Shown here: positions 48,401 to 59,698 of the stretch, piece by piece | How positions within the stretch are numbered: position 1 is the stretch's first letter | How the letters are laid out: every line of letters starts with the position of its first letter | Assembly (NCBI GenBank): GCA_964016885.1 | Contig: OZ024749.1 | Coordinates: forward strand, 51,522,001 to 51,586,000 | DNA from: Eledone cirrhosa | Taxonomy: Eukaryota | Direction of reading: 5' to 3' | Length of the DNA: 64,000 nt | Translations under genes and position numbers: made by a program | Notes under the pieces: model-generated | What the model was told of the DNA's origin: nothing | Databases searched by the model: none | Seen by the model: only the letters and a program-made list of their open reading frames with translations

Positions 48401-51400
48401 CTTAAATTAAATAAAAAAAATGGGGAAGGGACATATTTTAGTGGTAAAAATGTTGGACGTGTGATTGTAATGTCGTGGGTTTGATTCTTAGTCCCAGTAG
48501 TGTGTTGTGTTCTTGAGCAAAACACTTCAATGTTGCTCAGTCAGTTCAGCTGAAAACGTGTACCAGCAACAAAAGCTTGAGGTTAAACCCTGAAAAAGAT
48601 TGCCGTCCTTTTTTATACTCTCTGTTGCTTACCATTGAATCATTAACCTAAAATAACTTTCACCATTGTTTAATATTTTTTTTCTCATTTTCTTTCATTT
48701 ACCTCTCTCTCAACAGGTGGAAGTTGAAGTAGAAACTATAGATAAAGGTGGAAATTTCATCGGTTGGTTACATATTGATTCTACTAACTTGTCTATTGCA
48801 CTTGTTGAAGAAGGTTTAGCAAAAGTCCATTTCACTGCAGAACGTAGTGCATGTTACAAAGCATTATTAGAAGCAGAAACAAAAGCAAAGACAACTAAAT
48901 TAAATGTAAGATTCAATTTTATTTATTTTTGTTTAATATTTTTATTTTACTTATTCATTTTTGTTTAATATTTCTGTATGAGCAAGACACGGATGGTCAC
49001 CTGATCTGGCTTGTCTCACAACAGGACAACTCGTCTAACCCATGCTAGTGTGGAAAAATGGATGTTAAACAATGATGGTGATTTTTATATATCACTGACA
49101 TATTAGACATCCATTTTTATTTTATTTTATATATCCGTTGTTTTTTGTCCATGCTGTCATGTGATTGTTGTCACAGCATAATATTTTGTCACACATAATA
49201 TTTTGTCACACAAAAACAGAAATCTCTGTCAATATTATTGTCAACTGAATGAATCCCCTCTCATTATATACAACATGGAGTGCATTTTATCTTGCCACTC
49301 TCTCTAGAGAGATTGTTTGTCTCTGGGTTAAAGAGACCCCTTTATTCTATATAAGAGTTTAGTTACTTGTTCTCTTTGATCAGTTCCCTGCATTTTGGAA
49401 GTCAATGTCTCTGTTCGTTGTCGTCCTCACTCATTTATTTTTATGGCGTAGTTTTTAAAGCTGGATACCATTCTTATCATCAACCACTTTACAGGTCCCT
49501 CTTCATGTCACCAACTACAAAACAATCTTCCAGTCATTAACTACTTTACCAGATAGCCTTTCTATAATTAACTGTTTTAAAAGATAGCTTTCCTATAATT
49601 AATGAGATGGCTTTCCTATCATTGAGACAGCCTTACTATCATTAACAAGACGGCCTTCCTATAATTTTTTTAATTCATTTTATATGTATATATGAGTATG
49701 TTTAAAAATGTATGAATATTTAATCATTCAAACAAATGTTTTCTAGATTTGGTCTAATTATGAAGAACCTAAAATTGACCAAGTTGTTGAAGAACCTTTA
49801 GAACGGAAACTAAATTACTTCAATGTTGTTGTCACAGAAGTCATGACTGATTTGAAATTTTACGGCCAGTATGTTGAGAATGGTAAGTTGCTTTATGATG
49901 TTTTATCATGCAAGAACAAAATATATATAATTAAATAATAGATTTTGTGCTGGTGATGCGACAAAAAGCACTCAGTCCAACCTGTCAGTTGGTCATTTTG
50001 GTGACATGACAAAAAGCACCCAATTCACCCTGTAATGTGGTCATGTTGGTGACAAGACAAAAAGTACCCAATCCAACCTGTCAGTTGGGCATTTTGGTGC
50101 CACGATAAAAAGCACCCAGTCCATCCTGTAAGGTGGTTATGCTGGTGCCACGATAAAAGGCACCCAGTCCACACTAAATGTGGTTGGCATTAGGAAGGAC
50201 ATACAACCGTAGACACAGTTCTGTATGACCAAGATACGGTCACCTGATCTCTCAATATCCGGACAATTCGTCTGACCCATACTAGTGTTGTAAATGGACG
50301 TTAAACGATGATGATGATGCCATTTCTTTAAATCGCATCAGATTTCATGGTGGTGAATACGCAACATCATTAGGGCATTGGATTAAATATTAAATTCCTT
50401 GGTATTTGTTCCGACTCGATGCACTCTGAGTTGAAATCCTGCCATGGTCAACTTTGCCTTCTATCCATTTTGCGATGGGTGGTTTGATAAAATAAAGTTG
50501 CCAATCTATTATAAGAATTTTTACTTTGTAGGTCCACAACTGGTTGAAATGATGGAACAGCTGCGTAAAGAACTTGAAAATAACACTCCAGTTGGTGGTG
50601 CTTACACTCCTAAACGTGGGGCAATCTGTGCAGCTAAGTTTTCTGTTGATAATCAGTGGTAAGTAAACTATATTTCTTAGTTGGCTGACATTAACCCTTT
50701 CATTACAGTATTGCTAATGGAATACCCTGCCTATGTGTTGTTTCAATTAATTTTGAAAATAATCCAAAAATTTCAAGGAATAAAATAAATTTATTATTAG
50801 TAAGCTGATATTAAGAACATTACTAAACAAAAATGTCTAAAATTAAATAATGGAAGGTTTTGACAAAGATAAGGATTTCAAAATGAACTGGTTTTTTTTT
50901 TAAATCATAAACCTAGGGCATAAACCAGGCAGTTTGATATCAGAGGGGTTAACCCTTTCATGACTGCATTTCTAATGAAATACACTCTATTTTAATTAAT
51001 TAATGAAGAATTTTGAGGGATTTACTAAAGTTTGTTTTTTCTTTTCTGTGATTTACAGGTATAGAGCTAAAGTGGAAAAAGTTAGTAATAACAAAGCAAC
51101 AGTGTTATACATAGATTATGGCAATGTAAGTAACATTTACTTTCAAGTAATTGAATTACAAAGGTTGTAAATGTGGTTTGGTATTAGGGTGTCTGGCTGT
51201 AGAAAACTGTTCTGTATAAGCAAGACATGGTTTGTCTCATGATGTCAGGACAACCCATTTAACTCATCCTAGCGGGGAAAATGGACGTTAAACAATGATG
51301 ATGTATATATATATATATAGTTAGCGTTAAGAAGAGCATCCAGCTGTAGAAACCAAGCCAGAAACAGTTCTGTATCAGTAAGATACGGTCACTTGATCTG

Positions 51401-53079
51401 ACTTTTCTCATGACGCCAGGACAACTCGTCTAACCCATGCTAACATGGAAAATGGACGTTAAGAAGTGATGTGTATATAAATGTATATAATGCCAAGTAT
51501 TAATAATATATTGTATATTGTTTTTGTTGTTATAGCGGGAAGAAGTTCCATTCTCCATGCTTGCTACTTTACCACCAGTCTTCCAGTCATTACCTGCTCA
51601 AGCAACACTATTTGGTCTTGCATGTATTAAATGCCCTGATGATGTAAGTGGATAGTTCTACATATTGTTTGTTTGTCTTAATAAAAACATGATTAATTCA
51701 ATAATAATGAGAATAATACTGTCATAGTGAGCCCAATACAATCTAATCCAGAGCAATGTGTTAATACTAATCAAATTTTCAAAATCTAAAGCTTCTAATG
51801 AAAATATTTCTATTTCGTCTTCCAGCCGACAGGCTGAGTTCATGCTGGGGCACTGGCATTGAAAATATATTAATTTATTTTATTTTATTTTATTTCTATA
51901 ATAGGAGGATGCCAAACGTGATGCCTACGAGGCTCTAAATCATGACATTTTTGCAAAGCAGCTCGTAGTGAATTCTGAATATAAAGCCACTGGTGTTGAC
52001 TTCATAACTTGTCAGTTGGGAGAGTCGCGGGATGATGTAGCGTTCAGTCTAATCTCAGACGGTATTTTGCTAGTGGAGGCACGCAAAGAAAAGCGTCTCA
52101 GCAAATTGGTGGCCTCCTATATGAATGCTCAAGAAAAAGCAAAGTCTGCCAGGGTATGTTTCTAATTTCATTTTACATGTAATTCTTTTAGTCTTTTACT
52201 GTTTTTTTTTTCGTTTTTTTTTCCAGTCATTAGAATGCTTGGGCACTGGCTTGATTTAGTCAATCATATCGACCTGTGTACTGATTTTTTTTACAAGTCT
52301 GGTACTTATTTTATTGATCTTTTTGTCAAGCTGCTACAGACACCAAGGTAAACATAGGTATACATACACACTCATACATACAAGGGTAAGCTGAAAATAT
52401 CATAGGTTGACTATGAAGGAGTGATTTTATAGCTGTGGAATCTTGCATGCATTAACTTCAATTCTTAATAACTATGTTGAAAAATAAACCTCATTTGGTC
52501 ATTCCATGAGACTATCTTGGTCAGCCTATGAACTTTTCAGTCAATCTTTATATATGTGTATGTTGTGAATACAACAGGTTTCAGCAGTTTCCATTTCAAT
52601 ATTTATATCCTGTATCTCATATAAATATGGTGGCGAAATGGTAAAGTCATTAGAATATTAGCTAGAAGGCTTTATGGTATTCATTCTGGCTCATTGCACT
52701 CTGTCATGGTCAACTTTGCCTTTCATCCTTGCAAGGTCGATAAAGTACCAGTAATGCTTTGAGGGTCAATTTAATTGACTTTCTCCTACAAAATTGTGTC
52801 TGAATCAGAAACCATTATTTTCTTAGTTTAACCTTTCGGCATTTACATTACTGTTCTATTTTCATGGTAAAGGCTTTATCTCATAATATTGAATCTATGA
52901 GCAGCTGCTTACAGCTAGTTAGAACAGAAAGAGGTTTAAATGCTAAAGAGTTAAAAAATTTTATTAAAAATATTTTGTAAATTGTGGAGTTTATAATATT
53001 TATATGCATTTTATATTTGCAGCAAAATTTATGGCGCTATGGTGACATTACTGAAGATGATGCCAGAGAATTTGGTTAA
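28498..53079 (+). CDS. SND1: Staphylococcal nuclease domain-containing protein 1 (Tudor-SN), 22 coding exons, 895 aa
   Basis: Exons: 28498-28542, 37891-38025, 38536-38659, 39708-39789, 40662-40822, 41393-41484, 42138-42293, 43129-43235, 43485-43575, 43876-43973, 44543-44678, 45378-45460, 45932-46115, 46716-46857, 47958-48076, 48717-48905, 49747-49882, 50532-50658, 51059-51125, 51536-51643, 51905-52153, 53023-53079 (2688 nt, phases consistent). Motifs: [43 protein letters not shown], Tudor cage [19 protein letters not shown], end [17 protein letters not shown]. Confidence 0.97.
33585..33660. repeat. (TAC)n/(TGC)n trinucleotide repeat in SND1 intron 1; (TCA/TCT)-rich tract also at 43285-43430
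   Basis: Direct inspection; explains the poly-T/S/H/I ORFs. Confidence 0.9.
39896..40390 (+). mobile_element. tRNA-derived SINE with (TGA)n tail, followed by Meta-domain SINE body
   Basis: A/B-box-like head (TGGCTTAGTGG..GAGCTCAATTC), tail GCGGACGTAAAATGAAATGATGATGA (antisense copy 32270-32540), then TAACCCTGCGATGGACTGGCGTCTTGTCCAGGG..GAAACTAGGATAAG (Meta-domain-like; also ~46400-46570, 61615-61780). Confidence 0.7.
52381..52548. mobile_element. Mariner-type MITE, SND1 last intron
   Basis: TA|CAAGGGTAAGCTGAAAATATCATAGGTTGAC..GTCAGCCTATGAACTTTTCAGT; related end at ~62557-62590. Confidence 0.65.
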
Positions 53080-55113
53080 AAAAAAAAACACAAAAAAACA
53101 CACCTGAAATGAATGCAGTGAAGAATATATTTGAAAAATAACAATACACAAATTATGAACGAAATTTATTAAATAAAATAACAATACTTTGCTGAAAAAG
53201 ACTGACTGAAATTTCAATCTTAGCTGGTTTGTTTAATTTACTAACATACAATTAAACTGAAAGCACTCTGTTAATACCTTTTTAGCATTGGAGGATTTGG
53301 GTCTGAAAACTTCATCTTAACTTTTCTAAACCAACTAAGATGATATTGTAGTCAATTTAGAAGAGACTTTTTTTATTATTATTATTAAATTAAAGTCTTC
53401 TCTCTCTCTCTCTCATAAGGATAGTTGGGGAAAAATAATAAAATAATTGTTTTTCAACTATACACTTGATATCTACTGATATACATATTATATATGCATA
53501 CGTATATATTTTCCTCTCTCTATGGAACATAGCTTAAATATAAATATAAAAATAAATATAAAGGAATCTTACTTCCTATTTGTGTAATTCGTATTTAAAA
53601 TGGAATGAAGCTTGTTGGCTTGGCTAAAATCTTTTGTGATTTAAGGTTAGCTGAGAAGTGTAAATGCCATTCCTGTTTGTCTGTTAGCCATTTAATGTTA
53701 CTGCTGAAACTATTTTTTCTCTACCTTCACATACAAGGCAGTATAGAGATCATGGCAGCAGAAGAAGCTATATTAAATATATAAGCTATCTTTTGATTGT
53801 TCTCAAGTATTTTATCAATTTTTTATATATATATATATATATATTTATATAAGTATATATATATCCAGCTCGACAATTCAGTGAGTTTTTTCCTTTTTAT
53901 TTAAAAATATACTGGTTGCAGGTATCTTGTTAAACAGGAATTTTTTTTTTTTTTTTTTGATTTATTAAAACATTTTGCAGTAATATGAATGTAGAAAGAA
54001 AATATGACTAACTGGCTTTAGCTAGCTGTGACATATTGTTTTAATTTCCTTTATTTTAAAGTGAGCTCAGAATTAAATTGAAAAAATAGTTGTTTCCTTC
54101 TTATGATAAAGTTGTATCAACTCATAGTGTCTTAAACTGGTTTGTTTCTTTGTTTTTGTTCTATTTAAGTTCAAATATTTTCTTTGTTATATTTCTATTG
54201 AAATATATTATCTATGGTTTCCAAGTCTTCTTTGCCCATTTATTCCTGAGAGGGTTGTCGGGGCAGAGTTCTCAAACACCCAGCGGTTCCTGTCAGAAGC
54301 AACTGTCTCCAACTAATCCGGCTGGATCCCCAAGAGTGATCAGCCAAGCTCATGGATGTTATCCAGCCATCTTGCTTGGGGTCTACCCGGTTGGTTTTGC
54401 CCATAAAATCTGTCGACCGATTCTTTCCTGAGACATTCTAACCATATGTCCATAGTATCGGAACTGATCTTGGTTTTCAAATCATTAAAAAAATATTCAA
54501 GAATTTCAAAGGAATTATGCATTATTATATTAAAGTAGTATTTGGAACATTACTTAACAAAGGTTCCTGCATAAAAACATGAAAAATGATTTCAGATAAA
54601 TATAAGCACTTTAAAATAAACAGCTTTGCATATTGTTGAACCAGAGGTAAGTGTAAAGAGGATTTTGACTTTTCTAACTTGACAAAATTGATCTGCATAA
54701 GTTTATCAGTCAATTTTAAAACTTATTTCACACAAGAAATGACTTTATGGGTATTATATTTTGTAATCAATTAACACTTTAGCTGTGTGGGTATATATAT
54801 ATATATATAAATAAACGAAGGAAGTGTGGTAAGGAACCAGAGTACTCAATACTTAGGGTAGTAGAGTGGGTTATTGGAAAATGTTTAACCCCGATGGCAG
54901 AGCCCAAGCCGTTTCGACGGCTTGAGCTCAGCCGTTGGGGTTAAACTTTGATTACTTGTACAGGCAATATTTATTAGAATGGACAGCCTTTCCCAAAAAT
55001 AAAATGATCTACAGACAGAATTCAATTTATGTAAACACCCAAATGTTTACATAATTTAAATAATGCATATAAAACAATTTATTTTAATGCATTTTTTTGG
55101 GACACCCTGTATG

Positions 55114-55145
<32 letters not shown>

Positions 55146-56096
55146 ATTATGTGGCTAACCAACGGACCACATGGTCAGTCGGCTGTGAAGCACTCAATGA
55201 CTTAAGCCAGCGTATTGTATAATAATAAAAAGATTGTAGCATAGCTTGTGAGGAGTGTGGGTCTGTCCTGGACGACATGTTTATGTGAAAGTGATATAAT
55301 GGTACACAAACTAGCTTTCACATATATATATATATAGACACACCATACATAATCTCCTGGAGATGTCATCCAACAAACAAATCTATGGATCCCTGCTTCG
55401 CTTCTCTGGTCCTTGCCAGCCATGTCACTCGCTATGATGAACTCACTGGAAGGTTGCTCCTTTGAACTCCGGATTGTAAAGAGATGAATTGGCCAGCCAT
55501 ATATCACCTTGAAATCAATAACTGAGATGAACACAGGCTGCAAAGGAATGGATGTACATGCTGAAATGATTGACTTAGGACTCTGGAGCTTGAACTTTGT
55601 CAACGCCTCACCACTGCCACAAGGCATCAGATGACTCAAGATATATACATACAATGAGATATCAGTTTGTGGACCATAATCCTCGATTTTAAATTTGGCA
55701 CTAAAATACCAAAAACAGACGGAACTCATACAGATAGTGTTATGGATACATTATTAATATCTTGCATAAAAAGCAATCATGTTGAACATTAAAATATTAC
55801 TTATATTAGCAATATATATATATATGTAAACTTTAAAAGGGAGTCACTGTAAAATTTGTATTTATTGCGGGGGCAAACCCAAGCTATCTGCCAGGAGACG
55901 CACTCTTTAGTCGTGCCAATGTATTTTAAATAAACATCTTTGTCCCACAGAAGCATGAGGGACTCGTGTATCAAAAGGGTTAATCTCTTCATGTCTGAGA
56001 ACCTGGTGTATTTTTTCCCTTTGTATTACATAAAAAGTTTTGTTGTCGATAAACCCTCTGCGTCATAAGTTCAAGAAGGGTTTGATATTTCAGTAG

Positions 56097-58419
56097 CTAG
56101 ACACCCTTTCCTGTGGGATCGGTATGTATTATGGGCACTAAGTAGGAAGCTGGAATAAATCCTTCTTGTTTGCAGTTCTTTATGATCCAGAACCAGTTTG
56201 GATCGTCGACATTTAACACAGTAATAATATCACCACTTGATACTGTTACATCATTGTCATTGACAGCATTAAAGTCATATACTACCAAGAATTTCCCACA
56301 GTCTCGTTTATGGAATATACTGGCCTCTTGGTAACTGATGTAGCTTTCTCCAGAATTGCTATGAGTGGAATCCTTTTCTTGTGTACTCTGTTTGCTGTCA
56401 CTGTGATCATCAACTATACGTTGCTGTTTACGTATTGCCTGTGTGGTGTACGATATAGGAACAAAACCTTCCTTATTGTTATCACAAAGTATGTACAACC
56501 AGTCGTTATCTCTGTAAAGTCCGTACACTATATCTCCTTTCTTAACAGAAACCTCATCATCGACACAAGCAACAAAATCTTGAATAACAATCAAGCGAGC
56601 TTCAGGGTCAAGTCCGTCTTTCTTGGCTAAACCGACTTGGGTCAAAGTGTCAAGACTAGCACTTCCTGTTAAGTTTCGACGTAAAGGATACTGGTCAAAT
56701 TCTGAAAAAGATAAAACAGAAACTTAAACAAATTTATTTTAAATATTTTTCTGTTTACTTTGTCTTCACCTGGAATGTGTGTGTGTGTCAGAGAGAGAAA
56801 ATAGATGAGCTGACTGATCATCTGGAATCCTGTCAACACAGCCATGTTAACTGCGACGATAAATGCACGCAGTACACACTGTCAAGTGGTTGGTGATAGG
56901 AAGAGCATATAATCAAAGATATCCAAGCTGTGATCAAGATATAATGTATGTTTTGAAGTCGTGACGTGTTTGCTTCGGATTAAAGTGAGAGAGAGTTGTA
57001 CAAACCGTCAGCCTATATGTATCCAGTAATGAAACAAAGGTTTAGCTGGTACTCATTTTCAGCTGAGTAGACTGGAGCAACATAAAATGAAGTGTTTTGC
57101 TCAAGAACATAACACACGACATTATGATCGTAAGTCCAACACACTTACCACAAAGCCACATACCTCCAGTATTTATCTATGAATACAAAATATTGGATAT
57201 GAAACTGATATTCCAACATTTTAAATATGACTACTAATACTACTACTACAGCCATCACTTGCAATCGAGTATAACTTGGTAGCATGTATCATGCTTTTGC
57301 TAATGGTTTTTAGGTGTCCATACGGTCGTGAGCTGACGCGGAAACCCTCTCGAAAGGTTCTCTAAGAGATCCATCCATCGAGTAATATTGATATTATATA
57401 CACGAGAGCTCTTGGGAAAGAGATGGGCTCCGCCACATTTTTTTTAATGCTCTAGAAACGCCATGTCAATACTGCGCCCCTACGACTCCCTTTGGAGTTA
57501 CGGGAACATACATACAATACTTTACGTAAGTTTTAGTTTAATTTTTCTTTAGTTACGTAAAAGTAATCAATATATTGAATCAACTGAATATGGCCTCCGA
57601 TCTTTTATTAATATATATATATAGCATTGATTTAAAAGCTAATTTTTCCATCTATATACTTATATACTTGATTATATATATAATCTCGGCTCTGTAATAC
57701 ACTTGATAACTTACATTGAGCTCTTTATCCTACTGGTAACTGGCTAGTACTTAGTACTACCCTCCATATTTATAATTGTATATTAAACATATATAAGTAT
57801 AAATATTATTATTATTACTATATATATATATATAGGTGATTTCGTAAATTCGTGGTTTACTGGGGAAGCTACCAATATCACCTCTCTATGCTACAGCAGA
57901 GTGTGTACATTAAAAAGAACAAAACATTGTGGTTTTTATTGATTAGGCTCAGTTACGAACGTTTCACAGATGAGTGGCTCAGGATCAACATTTGTGTTAT
58001 AGACCCGACTCCAATCCCTATCTTCTCATCAGATTTGTTAATCCAGCAAAACCAGAATGAATTTCTTGTTTTTTCAGCAACTTTCGGATCTTAAGCCACA
58101 CATATGTGAAACGTTGGTAAGTGTGTCTAATCAATAAAAATCTTAATGTGAAACCTCGTTTTGTTCTTATATATATCAGGATGGAATCAGTTTGAAACTG
58201 GTTAGACCATTACTCAACAGAGTACTCGATACTTGGAGTAGTAGAGTATGGTTATATTATAAAGAGGACCCGACTCTTTATTATATATATATATGTATAC
58301 GCACATACAAATGTACGATCATCCAAATAAAAATATAATTTATAAAAAAATACATCAGGTACAATATTACCTTTCTTCTTTTTTGATTTCTTCAATTTCG
58401 CGGGACATAAAAATGCCAT
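56097..58419 (-). CDS. Dlish: Dlish/Vamana-like SH3 adaptor (Fat-Dachs/Hippo pathway), 217 aa, two SH3 domains
   Basis: Exon 1 58419-58371 (MAFLCPAKLKKSKKKK, G|GTAATA); exon 2 56701-56097 (EFDQYPLRRNLTGSASLDTLTQVGLAKKDGLDPEARLIVIQDFVACVDDEVSVKKG..EGFVPISY; second SH3 VVYDFNA..WFW..EGFIPASY). N-terminal MAFLCP+basic tract and TGS-S-TL-VG..CVDDE match Drosophila Dlish as recalled. AATAAA (minus) at 55866-55861. Confidence 0.85.
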
Positions 58420-59698
58420 GGCTAATCCACATAGGGGAACTAACAGTAGGTAATTTAAACTTAACGTAGAATTAATCTTTCACACACATATACTTGCATA
58501 ACTTTAGGTGTAAGTAGGTATGTATCTGTATATGTCAATGTATGTATGTGTATGTATACATACATACACACGCACCTGTTGCCCTAGCGGATAAGGGACA
58601 GTAACTCTAACTGCCTCGAGCTGAACTGTTGGATTTCTCATTTGCAACCGACTCTCGGGTACTCCATAGATTCTAATTCGCAAGGGTTAGACAAGTTCCT
58701 AACAAGGACTGAACATATTAGAATCAAATTCCCATTGTCATTGCCCCTGTCTCTCTCGCTCTTGCCATCTCTCACTATTAAAAGCAAATGAGGACCCACG
58801 TCCCCGGCGGACAGAATAGAGAAGGCGTCTTTCTCACTTCAATTCTCTTACTCTCTATCCTTCTCTGGAAGAAATCTGCTGTACTCACACATGGAAAGGA
58901 GATGGGCTCTGTCACTACGGCGGCTCTACAACTCCATCAGGTGTTGTGGGACCATACCATTCCTTACCATACTATATACACTGTTTGAAGTAAAATAAGA
59001 CCGGATGACCATAACTGTTGGATCAGGACTAACCTGGGGCTAAAAAAAAAAACACACGAACTGCTCAGAAATATATTTTCGGTTGCAACTACAAAATAAA
59101 TATTAAACATATTTCAACAATATAATATTTTGTGTAAAAGTCAATTTACATTTTTATATAGAACAGTGCCGAACCTTGAACTCTACATGACCGCTTGGCC
59201 TGCTAGAAATAGCAGCCATATACCTTTAAATCATTCTTTACCGTTTTAAATAATAAAGACACTTGGGTAATGAAGACTTTTGTATATTATATATATATAT
59301 ATAAGACTGAATGGTCGACGGTGGTACACATTTATTAATAAATCTGCTTGTTAAAGGCTGGCAATGATGTTGGTTTATATCTGGGAAATGTCGTTATGCC
59401 TTTTACCCTTTTCTATTTATTACTTAAAAGAACATATAAATAGATTTTATGAGAAATTGATTGTCATTATTTTTATTTCGTATTTATAACAATCAAAACA
59501 TTTATATAATTTCCTTCTTTAAATTCAACAAAATAAAAGAGGAATTAGATGTGTGTATCAGTGTCGATCCTATTTACGGTAGGTGGGTTTAACATGTGTT
59601 GGCCTCTGAAGGTTATTTTGCAGTTGTGAGAAGTCTCTCTAAAGAGTACTTAGTAATAAAACTGGAGCAGACAGCATATTAACAATTCGGTGACAACA

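Noticed and set aside
53071-53095. SND1 stop followed by an A-run (retro-tail or frameshift)
   Set aside because: Gene is intron-rich and the protein ends at the conserved EFG motif; at most a few terminal residues differ.
55202-55729. 175-aa ORF
   Set aside because: Crosses a (TA)n and a decayed RTE 3' fragment; no domain or credible splice context; not the missing third SH3 of Dlish.
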